From assembly GCA_017551515.1 (NCBI GenBank), contig JAFZLK010000101.1, positions 4,335 to 68,334 on the forward strand: a stretch of 64,000 nucleotides of DNA, written 5' to 3'. The notes below the pieces were generated by a model that saw nothing but the letters and a program-made list of their open reading frames with translations, made no database searches and was not told the DNA's origin. The translations under genes were made by a program, and so were the position numbers. Below are positions 47,308 to 55,537 of this stretch, one piece after another. Position 1 is the stretch's first letter. Each line of letters begins with the position of its first letter. The DNA is from Bacteroidales bacterium (GTDB taxonomy: Bacteria > Bacteroidota > Bacteroidia > Bacteroidales > ML635J-15).

Positions 47308-48210
47308 CTACACCCTTTCCGCTATTCTTAGTTTTGCCGATTTTGCACGCGGATTTCTCACAACCTCATCGTCATCGGGCACTATCACTTGCCTATTTAC
47401 TGGCTTTAATGTCAAATTGGCACGACCAAACACATCGCGTTCGTCGTTGCCGTCAATGTTGCCGGTGCGAATCAAATTCTTCACCAACCTGTCCTCCATC
47501 GAATGATACGAAATCACCGACAGGCGTCCTCCTTTCGCAAGCACCTGCGGAACTGCCGTCAGGAAATCGCCAAGCGAAGCAATTTCATCGTTAACCTCTA
47601 TCCGCAATGCCTGAAATATCTGCGCATAATATTTTATCTCGCGATTTTTCGGAGCATACGGTTCAAGGAACTTTACGAAATCGTCAATATCGCCGAACTG
47701 CGAAACCTCGCGCCGAGCCACAATCGTCTTTACCAACCGACCGACATTCTGCACATCGCAATAGTTGCGGAAAATGCGGAACAAATCGTCCTCGGAAGCC
47801 GAATTTAGCACATCGGCGGCCGTGCGTGACGAACCTTCGGACATGCGCATATCGAGTTTCCCGCCCATACGGAACGAAAACCCCCTTTCAGCAACATCGA
47901 ACTGGTGCGACGACACGCCCAAGTCGGCAAGAACGCCATCAACTTTTTCTATGCCATAGTAATCGAGATAATTGCGCAGATAACGGTAATTTCCGAAAAC
48001 AAGTTTCAGTCTTGCATCGTCAATCTTGTTATTGTGAGCATCACTGTCACGGTCAATTGCCACGAGAGTTCCCTTTGCCGACAAGCGCGACAAAATTTCA
48101 GCCGAATGTCCTCCTCCGCCGAAAGTCGCATCAACATAAACCCCATCGGGATTGATGTTTAGTCCATCTACGCTCTCATGCAAAAGTACCGGTTCGTGAT
48201 ATTCACTCAT
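47308..48210 (-). CDS. rsmH: 16S rRNA (cytosine1402-N4)-methyltransferase
   Basis: HEPVLL...DATFGGGGHS...DLGVSSHQ...SYHSMEDR. Confidence 0.95.
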   Translation of the reverse strand: MSEYHEPVLLHESVDGLNINPDGVYVDATFGGGGHSAEILSRLSAKGTLVAIDRDSDAHNNKIDDARLKLVFGNYRYLRNYLDYYGIEKVDGVLADLGVSSHQFDVAERGFSFRMGGKLDMRMSEGSSRTAADVLNSASEDDLFRIFRNYCDVQNVGRLVKTIVARREVSQFGDIDDFVKFLEPYAPKNREIKYYAQIFQALRIEVNDEIASLGDFLTAVPQVLAKGGRLSVISYHSMEDRLVKNLIRTGNIDGNDERDVFGRANLTLKPVNRQVIVPDDDEVVRNPRAKSAKLRIAERV

Positions 48211-48213
48211 CTG

Positions 48214-48678
48214 CTAATCCTCCGAAAACATAAAGTCACCACCAAGTATATCCTCGGCAAGTTCAGCAAAACTGTCGTTACCCATTGACTTCTGCTCGTA
48301 AACAGCCTTAGCCCAAATTTCCACCTTGCCTTCCTGACCAGCGAAAACCAGTTCCTTCTCGCCACCGATATAGTCGAGCAACGCCTTTGGAATCAGGAAA
48401 CGGCTGTTGTTGTCGAGATAAACCTCGGCAGTACCACGGTAGAACTCGCGAAGGAATTCGGCATGCTTGCGATTGAAAGGATTTAATCTTTTCTTCAGCA
48501 AACCTGTCTGGCGATTCCACTCGCTCATGGGATAAAGCACCAAGCATTTTTCGTAAATATCACGTTTGAGGACAAAAGCCGCCGACTGTTCCTCGTCGGG
48601 AACCTGACGCTTCAACTGCGAAGGAAATATAACCCTGCATTTGTTATCCAGCTTGCTTATGTATTCACCTACAAACAT
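48214..48678 (-). CDS. mraZ: Transcriptional regulator MraZ
   Basis: Duplicated SpoVT/AbrB-like halves are present (KLDNKCRVIFPSQLK and DNNSRFLIPKALL). It is the first gene of the dcw cluster. Confidence 0.95.
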   Translation of the reverse strand: MFVGEYISKLDNKCRVIFPSQLKRQVPDEEQSAAFVLKRDIYEKCLVLYPMSEWNRQTGLLKKRLNPFNRKHAEFLREFYRGTAEVYLDNNSRFLIPKALLDYIGGEKELVFAGQEGKVEIWAKAVYEQKSMGNDSFAELAEDILGGDFMFSED

Positions 48679-48701
48679 AATCTACATTTTCAAAATCGGT
48701 G

Positions 48702-48709
48702 CAAAATTA
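48702..48709 (-). promoter_or_regulatory. -7 promoter box (TAATTTTG) of the dcw/mraZ operon
   Basis: Plus-strand caaaatta is TAATTTTG on the minus strand, 24 nt upstream of the mraZ ATG (48678). Confidence 0.5.
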
Positions 48710-48719
48710 AACAAATTTT

Positions 48720-48754
48720 CCCACTTTAAAACACCTACACCCACTCTTTCCCAC
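48720..48754 (-). promoter_or_regulatory. Putative MraZ operator: GTGGG boxes with 10-bp periodicity
   Basis: The minus strand reads GTGGGAAAGA GTGGGTGTAG GTGTTTTAAA GTGGGAAAAT. That is three GTGGG boxes plus one degenerate GTGTT box, exactly 10 bp apart and immediately upstream of the -7 box. Confidence 0.6.
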
Positions 48755-48942
48755 CAATGTTAATAACTTAGCAATCTTTTCTTTGATAAAATATTAAAAA
48801 CCAACTGATTACAAAACAGGCCAAGTTATTAACCACGACACATTTTCTCAAGAATTCACCCACATAAGATGTCGCATTCACGACAAAGCCAACATTGCAG
48901 AAATTTAATCGCAATCATGGCACATAAATCTGGAAATTTATC

Positions 48943-48950
48943 TATTTTTG
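48943..48950 (+). promoter_or_regulatory. -7 promoter box TATTTTTG for holB
   Basis: It matches TAnnTTTG. The ORF-track TTG start (48948) lies inside it. Confidence 0.6.
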
Positions 48951-48974
48951 CAGTTTGTTTCAGAATTTGCAGGA

Positions 48975-50096
48975 ATGAGATTCAAAGACGTTATTGGACA
49001 AGACGAAATAAAGAGCAAACTCGTACAGGCTTACAAGGAAAACCGTGTAAGCCACAGTTACCTTTTCTACGGCATTCCGGGAATTGGGAAAATGGCTCTT
49101 GCCATTGCTTTTGCCCAATATCTATCGTGCGAGAACAAGGAAGAGAACGATAGTTGCGGTGTTTGTCCAAGCTGTCTAAAGTACCAGAAACTCGTCCATC
49201 CCGACCTGCATTTCGTGTTCCCATACATCACCCAAGGTTCGCAAAACAAGGCCACCAGCGACACCTACATCGACCTATGGAGACCAATGGTTAACAAAAG
49301 CCCCTATTTTTCGTACCGCGACTGGACAAACAACCTGCAAAGCGAAAACAAGCAATGTATGATTTATGCAGCCGAATCGGAATCCATAATTAAGAAAATC
49401 AGTCTCAAGACCTACGAATCGGACTACAAGGTGATGATAATATGGTTGCCCGAAAAAATGAACACCGAGTGTGCCAACAAGATTTTGAAAATACTTGAAG
49501 AACCACCTCTGAACACTGTTTTTCTGCTTGTTAGCAACAACCGCGAGGACATTCTACCTACTATACAGTCGCGAACACAACCAATAAAAGTTCTCGGAAT
49601 CGCCGATGAACCACTAAAACAGGCTCTGGTTGAAAAATACGGCATAAGCGGCGAAGAAGCGAACGATGTCGTTAAGATTAGCAACGGCAGTTTCCTCGAA
49701 GCCAGACAACAACTCGAACACGACGAAGAAAACGAATTCAATTTCGAGAATTTCATTTCGCTGATGAGACTTTGCTATTCAAAAAACATAGCAGACACAC
49801 TAGAATTTGCAAAAAACATCTCAAAACTTTCGCGCGAAAGGCAGAAAAGTTTCCTAAACTACTGCCTTATAATGGTAAGAGAAAACTTTGCATTTAACGC
49901 CAACAGGAATACAGCCTACCTGACAAGGGAGGAGGAAAACTTTTCGGAAAAATTCGCAAGGTTCATCAACGAGCGCAATGCAAACGACTTCATGACTATT
50001 TTAAACACAGCATACTACCAGATAGAACGCAACGGAAACTCGGAGATAATTTTTGCCGACACTGCGTTCAACATAATGAGAATAATACGTAAATAA
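48975..50096 (+). CDS. holB: DNA polymerase III subunit delta'
   Basis: The N-terminus reads VIGQDEIKSKL...HSYLFYGIPGIGK, followed by the zinc module CxxCxxC (CGVCPSCLK) and then SRTQ. The start is set at ATG 48975. Confidence 0.85.
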   Translation: MRFKDVIGQDEIKSKLVQAYKENRVSHSYLFYGIPGIGKMALAIAFAQYLSCENKEENDSCGVCPSCLKYQKLVHPDLHFVFPYITQGSQNKATSDTYIDLWRPMVNKSPYFSYRDWTNNLQSENKQCMIYAAESESIIKKISLKTYESDYKVMIIWLPEKMNTECANKILKILEEPPLNTVFLLVSNNREDILPTIQSRTQPIKVLGIADEPLKQALVEKYGISGEEANDVVKISNGSFLEARQQLEHDEENEFNFENFISLMRLCYSKNIADTLEFAKNISKLSRERQKSFLNYCLIMVRENFAFNANRNTAYLTREEENFSEKFARFINERNANDFMTILNTAYYQIERNGNSEIIFADTAFNIMRIIRK

Positions 50097-50097
50097 C

Positions 50098-51306
50098 ATG
50101 GAAGACAGAATAATAAATACACCATTAGACAACTGTGATGACAGCAACTGCACTTTTTCCGCCAAGGGATGTTGCAACAAACTTGATGTTTACGACTGGT
50201 TGTCGGACATAAACGACCCGCTGGCACAATCAAGGTATGTCGAAGTAAGGTTCAAGAATACCCGTAAAGGCATTTACGAGAACAACCTTGACCTGCCTTT
50301 GCAGGTTGGTGACATCGTAGCAGTAGAATCATCACCAGGACACGACATAGGTATTGTTTCGGCTATAGGTCAGATTGCATGCTACCAGATGAAAAAGATA
50401 AAAAATCTTCGTCTCGCCGAAATAAAAAAAATCTACCGCAAGGCACGCGCCAACGACATCAAGAAATGGCAGGAGGCAATTGCGCTTGAACGCCCGACAA
50501 TGCTTCGCACGCGCGAACTCGCCGAAGAACTGAACCTGTCGATGAAAATTGGCGACACCGAATTCCAGGGCGACAAAACCAAGGCGATATTCTACTACAT
50601 AGCAGAAGAACGCGTTGATTTCCGAGAACTTATCAAGCGCATGGCAGAGGAATTCCATATCCGCATCGAAATGAAGCAGATAGGCGCACGACAGGAAGCA
50701 GGCCGAATCGGTGGTATAGGTCCATGCGGACGCGAACTTTGCTGTACAACTTGGATGTCGGACTTCAATTCCGTATCAACAAACTCGGCTCGCCTACAAG
50801 AACTTACGCTTAATCCGCAGAAGTTGGCAGGACAATGTAGCAAGCTGAAATGCTGTCTCAACTACGAACTCGGTGTTTACTTGGATGCACGAAAAGACTT
50901 CCCCGAAAACGCATCGGTACTGCGCACAAAGGAAGGCGATGCACATCACATCAAGAACGACATCTTCAAGAAGCAGATGTACTATGAGGTACGCATCAAC
51001 GACATTCCTACAATTAAGATTTTCGATGTTGATACTGTAAAGGATATTTTGGAACAGAACAGGAAAGGGATACTTCCCGAAAATGTATTCGAGATGGAAA
51101 AGACAGGTTCGCGCTCGATTTCCTACACCGACGAACTGAACTCGGAGAGTATAACCCGTTTCGACAAAACGAAAAAGCCTAAGCAGAAAAACAAGAACCG
51201 TAACAAGAACAACAACAGGAAGCCAGGCAAACCACTGGACGGTCAGCAAAAGACTGCAGAAGAAACTAAACCAGCAAAGGACACTTATCAAAAAGAACAG
51301 GCATGA
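50098..51306 (+). CDS. PSP1 domain protein (RicT/YaaT-like)
   Basis: It has the PSP1 C-terminal domain pattern and a Cys cluster (GPCGRELCCTTW...CSKLKCCLNYE). A basic low-complexity tail follows. The holB-PSP1-gldH order is conserved. Confidence 0.85.
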   Translation: MEDRIINTPLDNCDDSNCTFSAKGCCNKLDVYDWLSDINDPLAQSRYVEVRFKNTRKGIYENNLDLPLQVGDIVAVESSPGHDIGIVSAIGQIACYQMKKIKNLRLAEIKKIYRKARANDIKKWQEAIALERPTMLRTRELAEELNLSMKIGDTEFQGDKTKAIFYYIAEERVDFRELIKRMAEEFHIRIEMKQIGARQEAGRIGGIGPCGRELCCTTWMSDFNSVSTNSARLQELTLNPQKLAGQCSKLKCCLNYELGVYLDARKDFPENASVLRTKEGDAHHIKNDIFKKQMYYEVRINDIPTIKIFDVDTVKDILEQNRKGILPENVFEMEKTGSRSISYTDELNSESITRFDKTKKPKQKNKNRNKNNNRKPGKPLDGQQKTAEETKPAKDTYQKEQA

Positions 51307-51782
51307 AAAGGCAAATTTTATTCATAACCATAGCATTAGTTGCCACAATACTTGCATCATGCGACAGCAACAAGGTTTACGAGGAATATGTTGAAATCGA
51401 TGACTATACATGGAACTCATCGAAACCGCTGAACTTCGAGTTCGACATTACCGATACCACCGCCTTGCACGACATATACATAAATGTCCGCCATGCCAAT
51501 CAGTACCCATATAGCAATCTATGGCTTTTCATAAATTCATGGTCGCCAAGCGGATTTAAAGCCGTTGATACCGTTGAATGCCAGCTTGCAGACGAACACG
51601 GCAAATGGACAGGTAGCGGACTGGGCGACATCTGGGACAACCAGATACTATGGAAGAAAAATGTTCGCTTTGCAACTCCGGGAAAATATCATGTCGAATA
51701 CAATCAGGCAATGCGCACCGACAACCTTGTGGGAATTATGGATATGGGACTGCGTGTTGAACTTGCCGACAACGAGGAATAG
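51303..51782 (+). CDS. gldH: Gliding motility lipoprotein GldH
   Basis: It has a lipoprotein signal (ILASCD). The pattern VYEEY..W......F.F.I.D....Y.I..NVRH...YPYSNLWLF...SPSG...DTVEC.LAD..GKW.G.G matches GldH. Confidence 0.85.
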   Translation: MKRQILFITIALVATILASCDSNKVYEEYVEIDDYTWNSSKPLNFEFDITDTTALHDIYINVRHANQYPYSNLWLFINSWSPSGFKAVDTVECQLADEHGKWTGSGLGDIWDNQILWKKNVRFATPGKYHVEYNQAMRTDNLVGIMDMGLRVELADNEE

Positions 51783-51784
51783 CC

Positions 51785-52414
51785 ATGAATTGTCCTTTAT
51801 GCAATTGTTCCACAGAAAAATCGTTTTCCGCAAACGAGAAAACATATTATCAATGTGGCACCTGTGGACTTGTATATATGGACGAAAAAGACCACCTTGT
51901 TGCCGATGAAGAAAAAAAACGCTATTCGTTCCACCAAAACAATATTGAAAATGAAGGATATGTCCAATTCCTTAATCGCATAATCGAACCAGCAATGCAA
52001 TACCTCTCGGAAGGTATGACAGGCATCGACTATGGATGCGGTCCTAATCCTGTTTTAGCACAACTGACTGAAAAAAAAGGTCTAAAATGCGACTATTACG
52101 ACCCTTTTTTCTTCCCAGAAATAAATACAGGAAGAAAATACGATTTTGTTTTTGCAACCGAATGCTTCGAACATTTCTTCAGTCCAGCAGAGGAACTAAA
52201 ACAAATATGCAAAATTCTGAACACTGGTGGCATTTTGGGAATTATGACAGAATTTGTCACCGATAAAACAAATTTCTGCAATTGGTACTACAAAAATGAC
52301 CCTACGCATGTTTGCTTCTATAGTGATAAAAGCATTGGGTACATTTGCAAAACATACGGCTTCAACGAACTATACAACGACAACAAAAGAGTAATAATAC
52401 TTAGAAAAAAATGA
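51785..52414 (+). CDS. Class I SAM-dependent methyltransferase with N-terminal zinc ribbon
   Basis: CPLC..17 aa..CGTC is followed by a GIDYGCG motif-I-like segment. Confidence 0.7.
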   Translation: MNCPLCNCSTEKSFSANEKTYYQCGTCGLVYMDEKDHLVADEEKKRYSFHQNNIENEGYVQFLNRIIEPAMQYLSEGMTGIDYGCGPNPVLAQLTEKKGLKCDYYDPFFFPEINTGRKYDFVFATECFEHFFSPAEELKQICKILNTGGILGIMTEFVTDKTNFCNWYYKNDPTHVCFYSDKSIGYICKTYGFNELYNDNKRVIILRKK

Positions 52415-54297
52415 CTCCAAACATAAACATATTGCGCCGAATCACTCCCCGATGGGTAGTTTTCTTTATTGATATTGTAATTTGCATCGTATCTATCGTA
52501 CTTGCATACTATCTCAGATTCAATTTCCACCCAGCGGAATCCGAACGAGGACTAATGCCAATCGCCATACTGTCAGTAACTGCAATAAGGGCAATATCGT
52601 TCCTGATTGGAAAGACATATTCTGGAATGGTAAGGTTCACTGGAACACACGACATTATCAGAATACTTATTGTAATTTCATGCGGAACCGCAACATTGGT
52701 ACTTGCCGACATTATTACCCTTGCAATTATCGGAAAGTATATAGTTCCATTGTCAATACTCATAATCGACACTTTTATTTCCGCTTCCACCCTAATATTT
52801 TCAAGATTATTAATAAAAATTCTATATACCGACTACAACAGCCAACAAAAAGCAAGCAAGTATGTCCTTATATATGGCATGGGGGCACTTGCTCAGACCA
52901 CCAAGAGGGCAATCGAGCGTGACCGCCGTACACAGTACAGGGTTGTCGGCTTCATCGAGCACCACAAGAAAGTTGCAGGAAACAAAATCGATGGCATAAA
53001 GATATACCACATTAAGGACCTAGAAGGAATCATAGAGGAAAGAAATGTTTCTCTGCTAATAATTTCGGAACGAAGCCTGTCGGTGGCTCGAAAAAACTTT
53101 GTACTGGAAATCTGCATGGCACACAATGTAGAAATCCGAACAATACCCGAAGTATCAACATGGGTTAACGGAGAACTTTCGGTAAACCAAATAAGAAAAT
53201 TCAAGATAGAAGACCTTCTCGAAAGACCCGAAATACATATTGATTCGGAAGATATGAACCGCAACCTTAGCGACAAGGTCATAATGGTAACAGGTGCTGC
53301 TGGTTCCATAGGAAGCGAAATTGTACGGCAATTGACAAGATTCACCCCTAAACAAATAATCCTTTTCGACTGCGCCGAATCGCCTTTGTACGACATCGAA
53401 CTTGAAATCCGCGAAGACTACAAGTTCTGCAACATTGAAATCGTCATCGGTGATGTCAGGGACAAGGTTCTTGTCGAACAAGTATTCAGCAAATACAAAC
53501 CCGAAATAGTTTACCATGCTGCCGCCTACAAGCATGTCCCGATGATGGAGAACCATCCATCTGAAGCAGTGATTACCAATGTAATGGGTAGCAAAATTCT
53601 TGCCGATACTGCAGTAAGGCACAATGTAGGCAAGTTTGTGATGATTAGTACCGACAAGGCAGTTAACCCAACCAATGTAATGGGTGCAAGCAAGCGTATT
53701 GCCGAAATATATACGCAGTCGCTCAACAATGTCGAAAATGTCTCAACACAGTTCATAACCACACGCTTTGGCAATGTTTTAGGTTCAAACGGCTCGGTAA
53801 TTCCGCGCTTCCGCAAGCAAATCGAGGCTGGTGGTCCTATAACCGTCACCGACCCTGAAATCACGCGCTTCTTCATGACAATCCCCGAAGCCTGCCAGCT
53901 TGTCCTTATTGCTGGAAACATGGGCAAAGGCGGTGAAATCTTCATTTTCGACATGGGACAGCCAGTGAAAATCGCAAAATTGGCCGAAAAGATGATTCTG
54001 CTGTCGGGATTTAAGGTTGGTACCGACATTGAAATTAAATACACAGGACTTCGCCCAGGCGAAAAGTTGTACGAGGAACTGCTTGCTACCAAGGAAAATA
54101 CGATTCCAACTGAAAACAAGCAGATTATGGTTGCAAAAGTCCGCGTGTACTACCATTCCGAGATTGCAAAGCCGATAGAACACCTCATCGAAATTGCACC
54201 AAACAGAAACGATATGGAAATCGTAGCCGAAATGAAAAAGATTGTTCCTGAATTTGTCAGCAACAATTCGGTGTTCGAACAACTTGACAAACAATAA
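52411..54297 (+). CDS. Membrane-anchored polysaccharide biosynthesis protein, CapD/WbpM/PglF-like NDP-sugar 4,6-dehydratase
   Basis: It has four N-terminal TM segments, then VTGAAGSIGSE (a Rossmann motif), YKH and the STDKAVNPTNVMGASKR pattern. Confidence 0.9.
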   Translation: MTPNINILRRITPRWVVFFIDIVICIVSIVLAYYLRFNFHPAESERGLMPIAILSVTAIRAISFLIGKTYSGMVRFTGTHDIIRILIVISCGTATLVLADIITLAIIGKYIVPLSILIIDTFISASTLIFSRLLIKILYTDYNSQQKASKYVLIYGMGALAQTTKRAIERDRRTQYRVVGFIEHHKKVAGNKIDGIKIYHIKDLEGIIEERNVSLLIISERSLSVARKNFVLEICMAHNVEIRTIPEVSTWVNGELSVNQIRKFKIEDLLERPEIHIDSEDMNRNLSDKVIMVTGAAGSIGSEIVRQLTRFTPKQIILFDCAESPLYDIELEIREDYKFCNIEIVIGDVRDKVLVEQVFSKYKPEIVYHAAAYKHVPMMENHPSEAVITNVMGSKILADTAVRHNVGKFVMISTDKAVNPTNVMGASKRIAEIYTQSLNNVENVSTQFITTRFGNVLGSNGSVIPRFRKQIEAGGPITVTDPEITRFFMTIPEACQLVLIAGNMGKGGEIFIFDMGQPVKIAKLAEKMILLSGFKVGTDIEIKYTGLRPGEKLYEELLATKENTIPTENKQIMVAKVRVYYHSEIAKPIEHLIEIAPNRNDMEIVAEMKKIVPEFVSNNSVFEQLDKQ

Positions 54298-54304
54298 TAC
54301 ATAA

Positions 54305-54393
54305 CCCTTGAACTTTGAACCCTTGAACTTTGAACCCTTGAACTTTGAACCCTTGAACTTTGAACTCTTGAACTTTGAACTCTAACTTTCAAA
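54305..54393. repeat. 15-bp tandem repeat (CCCTTGAACTTTGAA) x4 perfect plus 2 degenerate copies
   Basis: Perfect copies lie at 54305, 54320, 54335 and 54350. A variant CTCTTGAACTTTGAA lies at 54365 and a degenerate copy at 54380. Confidence 0.95.
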
Positions 54394-54424
54394 CTCCCCT
54401 TTTTGCAAAAAAACTCCAACTAAT

Positions 54425-55417
54425 ATGTTAGGCATGATGCTCGCTTCACTTATTGCCCTAAGCATTGTATTTACCGCAATGCCAAACATTCTGTGGTTTG
54501 TACTTTGGCTTATAGCGAAATGCTTCCACTATTCTATGCCATACGCGCCATTCGGATGGACTGCCTTCGGATTAGTTGCATTTGCTTGGATTACAATGGC
54601 ATACGGATATTTTATTGGCCGCTTCAAACTTGACATCAATAAATGGGATTATTCACACAAGGATATTCCTGCCGAATTTGATGGCTACAAAATTGTACAT
54701 ATCAGCGACTTACATCTTTCCACTTTCGACGACAGTCCCAAACAACTAAAAAGGTTTGTCGATTCCATAAATGCACAGAATCCCGACCTTGTATGCTTAA
54801 CAGGCGATTTGGTAAGCCTCGGTGTCGAAGAAGCCGAACCATACATCGAAACACTGAAAAGCATCAAGGCAAAGGATGGTATTGTTAGCGTTCTAGGCAA
54901 CCACGACTTTATAATATACAGGCATCGCAGAGATACGACTTTCAGCAGGGAAAATGCGGTAGAGCGCCTCGACAGTCTGCAACGCAACACGCTTGGATGG
55001 CATTTATTGAGAAACGACAACTTCACGATAGAGCGCAACTGTCAAAAGATAACCATCATAGGCGTTGACAACAAGAACTGCTCGAACCAAGGTTTCCGCA
55101 CTATCGACATGGGCGACCTGCCAAAAGCAATGCAAGGCACCGATAGATTCCGCATACTTCTCACCCACGACCCAAGCCACTGGCGCGGTGAAGTTCTTGG
55201 CGAAACAGACATTCCGCTTACCCTTTGCGGACATACTCATGCCGCCCAAATAAAACTTTTCGGGTGGACACCCGCCTCGTGGGCCTTCAAGGACACCGAT
55301 GGTCGCTACGATGAAAACGGACAGACCATGTACATAAATGTCGGCCTCGGATGCACTCTACCAGCAAGAATCGGAGCTAATGCAGAAATTACTGTCATTA
55401 CGCTAAAAAGGATTTAA
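54425..55417 (+). CDS. Membrane-anchored metallophosphoesterase (YkuE/calcineurin-like)
   Basis: It has N-terminal TM segments and the phosphoesterase motifs HISDLH, TGDLV, GNHD and GHTH. Confidence 0.85.
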   Translation: MLGMMLASLIALSIVFTAMPNILWFVLWLIAKCFHYSMPYAPFGWTAFGLVAFAWITMAYGYFIGRFKLDINKWDYSHKDIPAEFDGYKIVHISDLHLSTFDDSPKQLKRFVDSINAQNPDLVCLTGDLVSLGVEEAEPYIETLKSIKAKDGIVSVLGNHDFIIYRHRRDTTFSRENAVERLDSLQRNTLGWHLLRNDNFTIERNCQKITIIGVDNKNCSNQGFRTIDMGDLPKAMQGTDRFRILLTHDPSHWRGEVLGETDIPLTLCGHTHAAQIKLFGWTPASWAFKDTDGRYDENGQTMYINVGLGCTLPARIGANAEITVITLKRI

Positions 55418-55446
55418 TACATTATTTATCAGCATATTATGCAATA

Positions 55447-55487
55447 ATCATAAAATAATCATCAAAAAATGATGATTATTTTATGAT
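55447..55487. repeat. Perfect 17-bp AT-rich inverted repeat (hairpin/operator) between the phosphoesterase and ATPase genes
   Basis: atcataaaataatcatc (55447-55463) and gatgattattttatgat (55471-55487) are exact reverse complements separated by a 7-nt loop. Confidence 0.9.
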
Positions 55488-55505
55488 GAAAATGTAAAAA
55501 TTATT

Positions 55506-55513
55506 ACTTTTGC
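55506..55513 (+). promoter_or_regulatory. -7 promoter box TACTTTTG for the ATPase gene
   Basis: It matches TAnnTTTG and lies 25 nt upstream of ATG 55538. Confidence 0.55.
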
Positions 55514-55537
55514 ATTGTGAATCAAAATGTTTAAACT

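Noticed and set aside
54150-54419. Minus-strand ORF (89 aa) with SRVQS x5 repeats.
   Set aside because: It is a translation artefact of the 15-bp tandem repeat, and it overlaps the 3' end of the capD-like gene.
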